NCBI GenBank assembly: GCA_947496535.1
Contig: CANMDE010000009.1
Location: 15,812 to 79,811, forward strand
Reading direction: 5' to 3'
Length of the DNA stretch: 64,000 bases
Origin: an uncultured Rhodobacteraceae bacterium
Lineage (GTDB): Bacteria > Pseudomonadota > Alphaproteobacteria > Rhodobacterales > Rhodobacteraceae
Below the pieces are notes generated by a model that was not told where the DNA came from, did no database searches, and worked only from the letters and a program-made list of their open reading frames with translations. The stretch's first letter is position 1. Each line of letters starts with the position of its first letter. A program made the position numbers and the translations under genes. Shown piece by piece: positions 1-9,682 of this stretch.

Positions 1-576
1 GAGGTGGCTTCTGGCGCACCGATTGGCGCGACCAACGAAGAAATCGAAGATCTGGCGGGGGCGGAGCTTAGACGCCGTAGTAATGCGGCGGTGCATATGC
101 CCCTGCCGCCCTTGCGGTTGGCGAGCCGACCGGCCGATGGCACCTACTTTGAAACGCTCTGCCGCTTTGCCGATGAAAAGCGAAACGCGACTGAACCGCT
201 GAACGATTTTGAGGCTCTTGCTGAAGGGCCGGTTCGGTTCGCGTATAAGGTATTCGGTGATCCGGGGCTGCCCCATCTGGATACGTTTGCAGGCGAGATG
301 CCATACAGCAGCCATGAGTTGCAGCGCGCCATGGAACGGATTGGTGTCGCGGATTACGGAGAAACGTTGAGACGCGCAATGTTGATCGCGCGGAAACGGC
401 ATGAGCTGGTGCAGACGCTGGTGGCTGGCGGGATGTCGTTGGAGGATGCCCGAGACAACCCGTATTTGCCCAGCTACGACGAATTTGGCGCGTTCATGAA
501 GCAGCGCGGCGGTGCTGACAGGCTGCTTCACGTGGCGAACCGGTATTTTGAGGGTGCGTATCCTTGGGCCCCTTAG
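1..576 (+). CDS. hypothetical protein, C-terminal fragment (frame open to the left window edge)
   Basis: Frame 1 has no stop from base 1 to the TAG at 574-576. Track ORF 4..576 simply begins at an internal GTG. No family motif recognised by eye. Confidence 0.45.
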   Translation, partial: EVASGAPIGATNEEIEDLAGAELRRRSNAAVHMPLPPLRLASRPADGTYFETLCRFADEKRNATEPLNDFEALAEGPVRFAYKVFGDPGLPHLDTFAGEMPYSSHELQRAMERIGVADYGETLRRAMLIARKRHELVQTLVAGGMSLEDARDNPYLPSYDEFGAFMKQRGGADRLLHVANRYFEGAYPWAP

Positions 577-869
577 TTACTTGGGGCGGCAATCGAGACG
601 CGGTTTGTCAGATCACGGTAATTCGAGACTGGGATGGAAATGAAGTCAATGAGCATTGTTTTCGATTAATGAGACCGGGGCAGAGAAGACCTGCAGGCCG
701 AAAACTGATATTGATGCAATATGTGCGGCTAAAGTCGGAATCGAGCCTGAACGAACAAAGGCGGTTGCGATGAAAGGCTGCTTTGGTAAGTCCATATATT
801 CCAAAACAAAGAACGACGGAAACACCGTTCGCGCCCGTTATACTTTTATCCAAACATCTGGAGGCAATT

Positions 870-1631
870 ATGAAGACATTAGGCACCACGCTCGCTCTGA
901 CGCTTTTGATCGCAGGCGCGGCTCATGCGCACGTGACCATGACCGTGGAAGACGGTCAGCGCTGTATCACGTCAAATGGCGTGCCAGAACACGAGACCGG
1001 CCCATGGCGGGAAGGGGCCACGGTGGAAGAGCAGGACCACGAGTTTTGTATGACCGCCACGCCAGAGTTGACAGACACCATCTCCGACAGGGTGCTCGTT
1101 TCGGGCATCACTATGACCGGAATTCCACTGCGCCCGGGGACTGCGGAATACTATGATGCGACCTCCGATAAGGGGTATTCGCGCGATTCCTCTTCTGGAT
1201 GGAATGTAGAGGGCATTGGCGGCCTGATCATGGATGCTCAGAACGGCCACGTAGATGGCGATGGGCTTTATCACTATCACGGCATTTCCTCAGCGGTGAC
1301 TGGCGACCTTGATGGGACGCTATTTGGCTATGCGGGGGACGGGTTCGCAATCCTTTATGCGGGCGACCAAGCACAATCGTCGTGGCAGTTGAAAAGCGGA
1401 GAGCGCGAGTCCGGTCCGGGTGGCGCACACGATGGTACCTATGTGCAGGATTACGAATATGTTGAAGGGTCCGGTGATCTGGATGAATGCAATGGCGCAA
1501 TGGTTGATGGCCAGTACGTTTATTACGCAACCGATACCTTCCCGTTCTTCCCGCGCTGTTTCAAAGGAACGGTGTCGGACGATTTCCTGGGTGGACGCCG
1601 CGATCAGGCCCCTCCGGGTGATGATGGCTGA
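870..1631 (+). CDS. secreted YHYH-domain protein
   Basis: ATG at 870 is preceded by GGAGG (859-863). Signal peptide MKTLGTTLALTLLIAGAAHA. Diagnostic GDGLYHYHG motif. The track ORF start at 783 lacks an RBS and adds a non-signal extension. Confidence 0.75.
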   Translation: MKTLGTTLALTLLIAGAAHAHVTMTVEDGQRCITSNGVPEHETGPWREGATVEEQDHEFCMTATPELTDTISDRVLVSGITMTGIPLRPGTAEYYDATSDKGYSRDSSSGWNVEGIGGLIMDAQNGHVDGDGLYHYHGISSAVTGDLDGTLFGYAGDGFAILYAGDQAQSSWQLKSGERESGPGGAHDGTYVQDYEYVEGSGDLDECNGAMVDGQYVYYATDTFPFFPRCFKGTVSDDFLGGRRDQAPPGDDG

Positions 1632-2186
1632 TCTGAGATAAACTAAAATTCACAAAGCTGCCATTTGTCTGTTGAACTCGAATGATGGCTTTGTCTCACA
1701 CTGCCTACAGTCACCCGGCGCGTTTTCAATAGCAGTTTTGTGCAGGACGGGCTGAGGTGGTGGGTCCGTACTATCCCGATTTGAGTCTCAAAATAGGTGC
1801 CTCTTTTCTAAGGGAACCTCACACAGTTTTTGCCAAATTATCGGGTGGCCGATAACAGATATTTTGCTGGTTCGCGCGATGGCTGTGTAGGTGCTGATTT
1901 GCTCGCCTTTGGGCGCTGCAATTGGCCGCAAACTGGTCATTTTGTTGAAAATTCAATCGTTTCCGTGGCGTCAAGTCGCCAGCGCATTCATTCGATTTCG
2001 GCAATATTTCGCTGTCCGTGAGTTGCATGACGCAACATCTAGCCGAAGTGCTGAGAAAGATCACACGCGATTGTGGATAATTTTTTATGCTCGATGTCTC
2101 AATCGTCGCGACGCAATTGTCGTCATGCGGCGGGTCTGTGAGACAATGCCGGGGGGCTTTACTAATGAACATTTCTATCAATCGAA

Positions 2187-3677
2187 TTGCGTTTTTTTCT
2201 GGTATTTTGGGCTGGGGGAGCGGCTACTGAGAGCGAGATCGCCCCTGTAGATCAGGCCGCACTGAATGAGATGATCACGCAAGGTTTGGCTGCGGCTGCG
2301 TTTGAAGCAACCTTTGAAGCCGGGGATGAGCTGACCGAAGTTCAGTTCACCGCAGATCAGGGTGTGGGCGCAAATATTGGCGAAGGTCGCATTTTTAGCC
2401 GATTTCCGCGGGCTGATCTGAAAGGCCCCACTGAATGGGCCAATCACTTTCCGCAACGCGAGGGTGGCGCAAATGCGATCTCGTGTATTTCGTGCCATAA
2501 CGCACCGTTTGCGAATGGTGCCGGTGGTGTTGCGCTGAATGTGGTGGTGGATCCCGGACATACTGGCGACCCTACGCAGTATCTCGAAAGGAACACGCTG
2601 CCGCTCTTTGCGCTGGGCGTGACGCAGCGGTTGGCCGAGGAAATTAGTCAGACCTTGTATGAGCAGCGCGAACAGGCCGAGGAGCAGGCTTGCCAGGATG
2701 GGATGGCGGAGGTCGCGCTTTATGCTAAGGGCGTGTCATATGGCACCTTGTCCGTTAGCCGCATTGAGGCCGAGCCGTGCAAGGTGAATGTGGATACGTC
2801 TGGTGTGGCCGGGATTGATGACGATCTGGTTGTCCGTGCCTTTGGCTGGAAGGGGAACCATTCAACCATCCGCGAATTCACCCGGAATGCCGCCCATAAT
2901 GAATTGGGGATGCAGGCCGTGGAGCTGGTTGGCGATGCCGATGGCGACTTTGACGGCGTGATCAATGAGCTGACCGTCGGCGACATGACGGCGCTGAGTA
3001 TTTACATGGCTGGCCTCGAGCGTCCGGTCAGCACGATCGAGCTAGCTGATCTGGGGCTGATAGAGATGACGTCTGAAGAGCGGATCATGATTGGCACGGG
3101 CGAGGTGCATTTCGGACAGATCGGGTGCGCATCGTGCCATACACCGGAGATGGTGTTGGATGATCCCACCTTTTCAGAGCCAAGCACCGTACCAGGTTTC
3201 TATGATGTGTCGTTCCCTGATGGGTCCGACCCGGCAGAGCATGGGTTGTCGATGCAGACCGCCGTTCGTTTTGATCTGGCGGGTGACCAGCCCAACAATA
3301 TCATCACCACGAAAAACGGGGATGAGTTCCATTTGGGAGCGTTGGAGAAAACACCCGCTGGCTTGGCGGTTGCCCGTTGGTACACCGATTTCAAACGCCA
3401 CGATATGGGGCAGGCGCTGGCTGATCCGGCTGACCCGCTTGGTCTTGGCGCATCGATGTTCTTGACAAGATCGTTGGCTGGAACTGCTGTCACGGGTCCA
3501 TGGTTGCATGACGGCAGGGCCACAACGCTGCATGACGCGATCATGCAACATGGTGGCGAGGCCTATCTGAGCCAGCAAGCCTATGCCGCGTTAGGCCCGG
3601 TAGAGCAGCAAAAGATCATCGCATTTTTGCGCAGTCTGACGATGTATGCTGATCCCAATGCGGAGGAAGAAGAATAA
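2187..3677 (+). CDS. di-haem cytochrome c peroxidase-like oxidoreductase (DUF1111 type)
   Basis: Two CxxCH haem motifs (CISCHNAP and CASCHTPE) about 215 aa apart. Length and overall pattern fit the DUF1111 di-haem family. The only in-frame start after the upstream TAA (2163-2165) is TTG 2187, with no obvious SD, so the start is uncertain. Confidence 0.75.
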   Translation: MRFFLVFWAGGAATESEIAPVDQAALNEMITQGLAAAAFEATFEAGDELTEVQFTADQGVGANIGEGRIFSRFPRADLKGPTEWANHFPQREGGANAISCISCHNAPFANGAGGVALNVVVDPGHTGDPTQYLERNTLPLFALGVTQRLAEEISQTLYEQREQAEEQACQDGMAEVALYAKGVSYGTLSVSRIEAEPCKVNVDTSGVAGIDDDLVVRAFGWKGNHSTIREFTRNAAHNELGMQAVELVGDADGDFDGVINELTVGDMTALSIYMAGLERPVSTIELADLGLIEMTSEERIMIGTGEVHFGQIGCASCHTPEMVLDDPTFSEPSTVPGFYDVSFPDGSDPAEHGLSMQTAVRFDLAGDQPNNIITTKNGDEFHLGALEKTPAGLAVARWYTDFKRHDMGQALADPADPLGLGASMFLTRSLAGTAVTGPWLHDGRATTLHDAIMQHGGEAYLSQQAYAALGPVEQQKIIAFLRSLTMYADPNAEEEE

Positions 3678-3691
3678 CTGGCACGTGTGAG

Positions 3692-3724
3692 CTGACCTGA
3701 CCCGTTTCTGGTATGTCAGGTCAG
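3692..3724 (+). terminator. stem-loop downstream of the di-haem gene (possible terminator)
   Basis: Perfect 10-bp stem CTGACCTGAC (3692-3701) / GTCAGGTCAG (3715-3724) with a 13-nt loop, 15 nt after the stop. It is followed only by TTAT, so it is not a canonical T-tract terminator. Confidence 0.4.
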
Positions 3725-3735
3725 TTATCCCTGAC

Positions 3736-3749
3736 TTGATCCAGATCAG
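3736..3749. promoter_or_regulatory. FNR/FnrL-type box TTGAT-N4-ATCAg upstream of hemA
   Basis: TTGATccagATCAG matches 9 of 10 positions of the TTGAT-N4-ATCAA consensus. It lies about 143 nt upstream of the hemA GTG. Confidence 0.45.
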
Positions 3750-3891
3750 GGCGCTGTTACGTTCGGTCCGTTATTTGTGATGTGCAGGGGCGACAGATTG
3801 TAGCGTATTGCTCAGACCGTATTGGCCCTATATGACATTTAGAATTGTTCAAAACCCCAGGTTTTGGTCACATAACAAGAAGGGATGCCCG

Positions 3892-5115
3892 GTGGACTAC
3901 ATTGCCCAGCTGGATGCCGCGTTAGATCGTTTGCACGAAGAAGGCCGTTATCGGACCTTTATTGATATTGAGCGCCAGCGCGGCCAGTTTCCCCATGCGA
4001 CATGGTGCAAACCTGATGGCACAAAGACCCCGGTCACGGTCTGGTGCGGGAATGACTATCTGGGGATGGGCCAGCATCCGGTTGTTCTCGCGGCCATGCA
4101 TGAGGCCATCGAAGCGACAGGTGCCGGATCGGGCGGTACACGGAATATTTCGGGTACGACAGTGTATCACAAGACACTCGAGGCAGAGCTCGCTGATTTG
4201 CACCGCAAAGAAGCGGCGCTTTTGTTCACCAGCGCCTATATCGCAAATGATGCAACATTAAGTACGCTGCCTAAGCTATTCCCGGGATTTATTATTTATT
4301 CGGATGATTTGAACCATGCGTCGATGATCGAAGGCATCCGCCGCAATGGTGGCGCGAAGCGGATTTTCCGTCATAACGATCTGGATCATTTGCGTGAGTT
4401 GCTGGCCGCCGACGATCCTGCAGCCCCGAAATTGATCGCGTTCGAATCGATTTATTCGATGGATGGCGACTTTGCCCCGATTGAGCAAATCTGCGATCTG
4501 GCCAATGAATTTGGCGCGCTGACCTATCTTGATGAGGTTCACGCAGTAGGTATGTATGGCCCCCGCGGCGCCGGCGTGGCCGAGCGGGACGGGCTGATGG
4601 GCCGGATTGATATCATCAACGGCACCTTGGCCAAAGCCTATGGTGTGATGGGGGGCTATATCGCCGCATCCGAAAAAATGTGCGATGCGATAAGGTCTTA
4701 TGCGCCGGGTTTCATCTTTACGACCTCATTGCCACCAGCCGTTGCTGCCGGGGCCGCTGCGTCGGTCGCACATCTGAAAACCGACCAATCCTTGCGCGAT
4801 GAACATCAGACTCAAGCCAAAATCTTGAAGTTGCGCCTGAAAGGAATGGGCCTTCCGATCATTGATCATGGCAGCCATATCGTTCCGCTGATTGTCGGCG
4901 ATCCTGTCCATACCAAACAGTTGTCAGATATGCTGTTGACCGATTTTGGTATCTACGTGCAGCCCATCAACTTTCCTACTGTTCCCCGCGGGACCGAGCG
5001 TTTGCGCTTTACGCCGTCGCCGGTTCACGGCCCGCGCGAAATGGATGCATTGGTGAGCGCTTTGGATAGTTTGTGGTCGCATTGTGCACTGAATCGTGCC
5101 GAGCTGGCCGGTTAA
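3892..5115 (+). CDS. hemA: 5-aminolevulinate synthase
   Basis: N-terminus [29 protein letters not shown] is typical of alphaproteobacterial ALAS. PLP-lysine region GTLAKAYG and the SMDGD motif are present. The GTG at 3892, with AAGAAGGGA upstream, gives the canonical ~407 aa. Track start 3808 (TTG) adds a non-homologous extension. Confidence 0.9.
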   Translation: MDYIAQLDAALDRLHEEGRYRTFIDIERQRGQFPHATWCKPDGTKTPVTVWCGNDYLGMGQHPVVLAAMHEAIEATGAGSGGTRNISGTTVYHKTLEAELADLHRKEAALLFTSAYIANDATLSTLPKLFPGFIIYSDDLNHASMIEGIRRNGGAKRIFRHNDLDHLRELLAADDPAAPKLIAFESIYSMDGDFAPIEQICDLANEFGALTYLDEVHAVGMYGPRGAGVAERDGLMGRIDIINGTLAKAYGVMGGYIAASEKMCDAIRSYAPGFIFTTSLPPAVAAGAAASVAHLKTDQSLRDEHQTQAKILKLRLKGMGLPIIDHGSHIVPLIVGDPVHTKQLSDMLLTDFGIYVQPINFPTVPRGTERLRFTPSPVHGPREMDALVSALDSLWSHCALNRAELAG

Positions 5116-5233
5116 AGATTTTTGAGCCTGTGCATGCATTTTGTGTTCATGTTATTGATCTAAAAGGTATTGGTGCATTTCCGATTCGGTTATGCTATGG
5201 TGCCTACAGGGGCAGTAGGCGACGGGACAGTCG

Positions 5234-6442
5234 ATGATCGGGAAGAGCATCCCAGGCAATGGTGCATCTGAGGGTATCGAATCCAAAGGGTTCGATGACT
5301 ATGACGTATGTCTGGGTGACATGATGCGTGGTGAGCGCGCGACAATGGGCAAGAGCCTGTTGGACGTGCAGCGCGAATTGAAAATCAAAGCAGCCTATAT
5401 TGCCGCGATCGAAAATGCCGATCCGTCAGCGTTCGATACACCCGGATTCATTGCAGGATATGTTCGGTCCTATGCCAAATATCTGAACATGGATTCGGAC
5501 TGGGCCTTTGCCACGTTCTGCGAGGAAAGTGGTTTTCAGACGGCGCATGGTATGTCTGCGGCAGCCTCATCCGTGCAATCCAAGAACTCCTCCGACGAGA
5601 TGGTTAGCCCGCTGGGCAAAGATATATTCTCGTCCTCGGCTACGCCGTTCATTCCGGCAGGTGAGGCGGTGCTTTCGCAGGTTGAGCCGCGTGCCATTGG
5701 ATCGATTCTTGTGCTCATGGCGATGGTTGCCGGGCTTGGATATGGCGGCTGGACCGTTTTGCAGGAAGTGCAAAAAGTACAGTTGGCTCCGGTAGAGCAG
5801 ACCCCGGTTGTGGTGTCAGATCTTGATCCGCTGGCTGGCGTTCAGCAGGCTGGGCAAGTCAGCGACCCGCTTGATAATTACGTGCCGCCGACACGCGATG
5901 CGCTTGATCGCCTTTATCGCCCGCAGGCGTTGGATGTGCCGGTTCTTGTTGCGCGCGACGCCCCGATTTCAACGCTTGATCCTGCCCGGATTGGCGCAGT
6001 CATCCCGCCAGAGGTTGATCCGCCGCTTGCCGCAGCACTGGTTGCTGAGGTCGAACCCGAAGTGGAGCAATTCGGCCCACCCGCCGTGCAAGTGGTTGAA
6101 CCACCAGTGCCCGAAGTTCAGCTTGTCGCTGTTCGTCCGGCCTGGGTGCGTGTCAGCGGGGCTGATGGCACAGTGCTGTTCGAAGGCGTGATGGCGCCCG
6201 GTGAGAATTTCGTGGTTCCATCCACCGAGGAACCTGCATCGCTTCGCGTGGGCGAAAGCGGTGCGATGTATTTTGCCGTGAATGGCACGCATTATGGCCC
6301 GGTAGGCCCAAGCGGCGTTGTTACATCCGATGTTGAACTGTCCGCGAACAGCCTTAAGCAGGCATATGAAGTTGCCGATATGACTGCCGACGATGATCTG
6401 GCAGAGATCGTCAATGTCGCAGAAGTGCGTACCACCCAGTAA
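5234..6442 (+). CDS. RodZ-like cytoskeleton protein (N-terminal HTH, one TM helix, C-terminal DUF4115-like domain)
   Basis: HTH segment LGDMMRGERATMGKSLLDVQRELKIKAAYIAAIENADPSAF. TM helix AIGSILVLMAMVAGLGYGGWTVL. Pro-rich linker. C-terminal VRPAWVRVSGADGTVLFEGVM...LRVGESGAMYFAVNG. Sits directly upstream of ispG, as rodZ does in E. coli. Confidence 0.7.
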   Translation: MIGKSIPGNGASEGIESKGFDDYDVCLGDMMRGERATMGKSLLDVQRELKIKAAYIAAIENADPSAFDTPGFIAGYVRSYAKYLNMDSDWAFATFCEESGFQTAHGMSAAASSVQSKNSSDEMVSPLGKDIFSSSATPFIPAGEAVLSQVEPRAIGSILVLMAMVAGLGYGGWTVLQEVQKVQLAPVEQTPVVVSDLDPLAGVQQAGQVSDPLDNYVPPTRDALDRLYRPQALDVPVLVARDAPISTLDPARIGAVIPPEVDPPLAAALVAEVEPEVEQFGPPAVQVVEPPVPEVQLVAVRPAWVRVSGADGTVLFEGVMAPGENFVVPSTEEPASLRVGESGAMYFAVNGTHYGPVGPSGVVTSDVELSANSLKQAYEVADMTADDDLAEIVNVAEVRTTQ

Positions 6443-6522
6443 ATATCGTCACACCCTGTTGCTGAGCGCGCCGCTGCCGCTTAAATTGGTGCTGTGTTCC
6501 CAGACGGGTGGAAGGGCATCCC

Positions 6523-7647
6523 ATGTCGATCAATCATGTGCGTCCCTGGCGTAATATCTATCGCCGCGAATCCCGTCAGATCATGGTCGGCGATGTGCCG
6601 GTTGGCGGCGACGCACCAATCAGCGTCCAGACGATGACCAATACGCTGACGACAGATGTGAAAGCGACGATCGCGCAGGTCAACGCCGCCGCTGAAGCTG
6701 GGGCGGATATCGTACGGATATCGGTTCCCGACGAAGCCTCAAGCGCGGCGCTGAAGCAGATTGTGCCCGAAGTTGCGGTGCCGATTGTGGCGGATATCCA
6801 TTTTCACTACCGCCGCGGGATTGAGGCGGCAGAGGCGGGTGCTGCCTGTCTGCGGATAAACCCCGGCAATATCGGGGATGAGAAACGGGTCAAGGAAGTC
6901 ATTAAGGCTGCCCGCGATCACAACTGTTCCATTCGTATTGGCGTGAATGCCGGGTCGCTGGAAAAGCATCTTTTGGACAAATATGGCGAGCCGTGCCCAG
7001 ATGCGATGGTGGAAAGTGGATTGGATCACATCAAGATCCTGCAGGATAACGACTTTCACGAGTTCAAGATTTCCTGCAAGGCGTCGGATGTATTCATGGC
7101 TGCCGCTGCCTATCAGCAATTGGCAGAGGCGACGGATGCGCCGATCCATCTGGGGATCACGGAAGCTGGCGGGCTGATCAGCGGGACGGTCAAATCGGCC
7201 ATCGGTATGGGCAATCTGCTGTGGATGGGGATTGGTGATACGATCCGCGTTTCTCTGTCGGCTGACCCGGTCGAAGAGGTCAAGATGGGGTTCGAGATAT
7301 TGAAATCCCTTGGCTTGCGTCATCGTGGCGTGAATATCATTTCCTGCCCGTCCTGCGCCCGACAAGGGTTTGACGTGATCAAGACGGTCGAAGAGTTGGA
7401 AAAGCGGCTCGAGCACATCAAAACACCGATGTCGCTGTCGATTATTGGTTGTGTGGTGAATGGCCCGGGTGAGGCGTTGATGACGGATGTGGGCTTTACC
7501 GGCGGCGGGGCCGGGTCGGGCATGGTCTATCTGGCCGGCAAGCAGAGCCACAAGCAGTCAAATGCGGATATGATCGAGCATATCGTGGAGCAGGTCGAGA
7601 AGAAGGCGGCTGAACTGGACGCCGCAGGGAATGTAGCTGCTGAGTAG
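6523..7647 (+). CDS. ispG: 4-hydroxy-3-methylbut-2-enyl diphosphate synthase
   Basis: Typical GcpE sequence ([37 protein letters not shown]). ATG 6523 is preceded by GGAAGGG. Confidence 0.92.
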   Translation: MSINHVRPWRNIYRRESRQIMVGDVPVGGDAPISVQTMTNTLTTDVKATIAQVNAAAEAGADIVRISVPDEASSAALKQIVPEVAVPIVADIHFHYRRGIEAAEAGAACLRINPGNIGDEKRVKEVIKAARDHNCSIRIGVNAGSLEKHLLDKYGEPCPDAMVESGLDHIKILQDNDFHEFKISCKASDVFMAAAAYQQLAEATDAPIHLGITEAGGLISGTVKSAIGMGNLLWMGIGDTIRVSLSADPVEEVKMGFEILKSLGLRHRGVNIISCPSCARQGFDVIKTVEELEKRLEHIKTPMSLSIIGCVVNGPGEALMTDVGFTGGGAGSGMVYLAGKQSHKQSNADMIEHIVEQVEKKAAELDAAGNVAAE

Positions 7648-7668
7648 AGCTATATTATCCTGCAGGTT

Positions 7669-8418
7669 TTAGAGATCAGCCCGCGCTGAATCCACCAACG
7701 ACTGCATTTGCGCTAACGGCACGTAGCCCCGCACCATCTGGTCTTCAAAAACGAAAGTCGGTGTGCCGGTGATTTGCATCTTTTGGGCCAAGGCCCTGTT
7801 TTCAGTGATGATTTGGGTCACTTCGTCACTGTCCATCTCGGCAAAGATGGCATCAGTGTCGATTTCCAGCGTTTCGCCCAGCCTTTGCAGGCTGGTTTCG
7901 GTGATACTGCCCTGAAATTCCATCAGCGTGTTGTGGACCAGTTCGTATGTCTCATCGCCTTGGGTCAGCTGTGTCGCAATTGCGAATTGAGCGGCGAGGA
8001 CTGACTCTTCGCCCAATATGGGAAACTCTTTGACCACGTAACGGATGTTGGCGTCGGACCCGATCAGCTCTTTCACCTCGGGGAAGGCGCGTTTGCAGAA
8101 GCCGCAGCGGTAATCCATGAATTCGATGACGGTGATATCCCCTTCGGGATTGCCGCCAACAAAGGAATGTCCGTCATTGAACAGTGCTTCCGCGTTGGCC
8201 TGAACCATGGCGATATCGTTTTCAACCTGCGCGTTGTCCTGACGTTGCTGCAGGACGGTGATGGCCTCTTGCAGCACTTCAGGGTTTTCAAGCAGGTAGG
8301 CCCGCACCTCTTCCCGGAAGGCTGAGCGTTCCGAATCTGTCATGTCTTCCAGCCCTTGCGCGGTGGCGAGAGAGGCTGTCAGCGACAGGATGGCAGAAAA
8401 TGTGAGGCGCTTGATCAT
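7669..8418 (-). CDS. periplasmic DsbA-family thiol:disulfide oxidoreductase
   Basis: Signal peptide MIKRLTFSAILSLTASLATAQG. Thioredoxin-fold active site DYRCGFCKR. The internal ATG at 8418 is preferred over the 320-aa track ORF, whose extension is Cys/Ala-rich junk. Confidence 0.85.
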   Translation of the reverse strand: MIKRLTFSAILSLTASLATAQGLEDMTDSERSAFREEVRAYLLENPEVLQEAITVLQQRQDNAQVENDIAMVQANAEALFNDGHSFVGGNPEGDITVIEFMDYRCGFCKRAFPEVKELIGSDANIRYVVKEFPILGEESVLAAQFAIATQLTQGDETYELVHNTLMEFQGSITETSLQRLGETLEIDTDAIFAEMDSDEVTQIITENRALAQKMQITGTPTFVFEDQMVRGYVPLAQMQSLVDSARADL

Positions 8419-8518
8419 ATCGGAACTTCCATTGGCGGTTGAAACCGTGAAACCACATCCGCAAAGAGTTGCCAAGGTGCATTGACCTTTTGCCACACCA
8501 GCAGGCAGATAAGCACAA

Positions 8519-9682
8519 ATGATAATGAGGCAGGCGATGCGGTTTTCAAGCCGGGGCGAGGTTGATCCCTTTATTGTGATGGACGTAATGGAGGCTGCCC
8601 GGCAGGCCGAAGCTGCGGGCCGTGACATCATTCACATGGAAGTGGGCCAACCTGCGACGGGCGCACCGGCTGCGGCGCGCGCTAAGCTGGCAGAGGCTTT
8701 GGATCAGCCGCTGGGTTATACGGTGGGTCTTGGCTTGCCGGAACTGCGGGGGCGCATCGCCCGGCATTATGGCGATTGGTATGATCAGGATCTTGATCCT
8801 GCACGGGTGGTCATCACAAGCGGTGCCTCGGGGGCTTTCCTGCTGGCGTTTTCATCCCTGTTCGATAATGGCGAGCGCGTTGGATTGGGCGCGCCATGCT
8901 ATCCGTCTTACCGGCAAATTCTGAAAGCCGTGGGTCTTGCGCCGATAGATATCGAGACGTCTTTGGAGCGGCGGTTTCAGCCGCTTCCGTCTGATATTGC
9001 AGCGCATGATCTGGCCGGGTTGATTGTGGCCTCTCCGGCCAATCCGACGGGTACGATGCTGGATCATGCTGGGCTGGCTGCGTTGGCAGATGCCTGTGCA
9101 GATCGGGATGCGGCCCTGATTTCTGACGAAATTTACCACGGGCTTGAGTATGACCAGCCCTCTGTCACCGCGTTGCAGGTCACGGATGACGTCTATGTCG
9201 TCAATTCCTTTTCGAAGTATTTTTCGATGACCGGTTGGCGGGTCGGGTGGATGATCGTACCAGAGGATCATGTGCGCCGGGTAGAGCGTCTGGCCCAGAA
9301 TATGTTCATTTGTGCCCCGCATGCTGCCCAACTGGTTGCGCTGCATGCGATGGATTGCACGGATGAGTTGGAGGTCAACAAGGCTGTTTACACGACCAAC
9401 CGCGGTTTGATGATGGATGGGTTGCGGGCTGCCGGGTTTGACCGCTTTGCCCCGCCGGATGGCGCGTTCTACATTTATGTTGATGTTTCGGCCCATACCG
9501 ATGACGCCCGTGCCTTTGCGGCTGAAATTCTGGATGGGGCAGGTGTGGCCGTGACACCTGGCCTCGATTTTGATGCGCGGCGGGGGCACCATTGGCTGCG
9601 GTTTTCCTATGCGCAATCTACCGCTGCCATTCGTGAGGGGTTGGATCGGTTGGCGGCGTTTATGAAAGCGGGTCAGTCATGA
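8519..9682 (+). CDS. class I/II pyridoxal-phosphate aminotransferase
   Basis: NSFSKYFSMTGWRVGW PLP-lysine motif. ASPANPTG. Start ambiguous (ATG 8519, 8525 or 8537). Confidence 0.85.
   Translation: MIMRQAMRFSSRGEVDPFIVMDVMEAARQAEAAGRDIIHMEVGQPATGAPAAARAKLAEALDQPLGYTVGLGLPELRGRIARHYGDWYDQDLDPARVVITSGASGAFLLAFSSLFDNGERVGLGAPCYPSYRQILKAVGLAPIDIETSLERRFQPLPSDIAAHDLAGLIVASPANPTGTMLDHAGLAALADACADRDAALISDEIYHGLEYDQPSVTALQVTDDVYVVNSFSKYFSMTGWRVGWMIVPEDHVRRVERLAQNMFICAPHAAQLVALHAMDCTDELEVNKAVYTTNRGLMMDGLRAAGFDRFAPPDGAFYIYVDVSAHTDDARAFAAEILDGAGVAVTPGLDFDARRGHHWLRFSYAQSTAAIREGLDRLAAFMKAGQS

Noticed and set aside
735-753. tRNA-like T-arm fragment (GGAATCGAGCC) that could mark an integration site.
   Set aside because: No acceptor-stem or anticodon-arm context, no matching direct repeat elsewhere in the window, and no integrase nearby.
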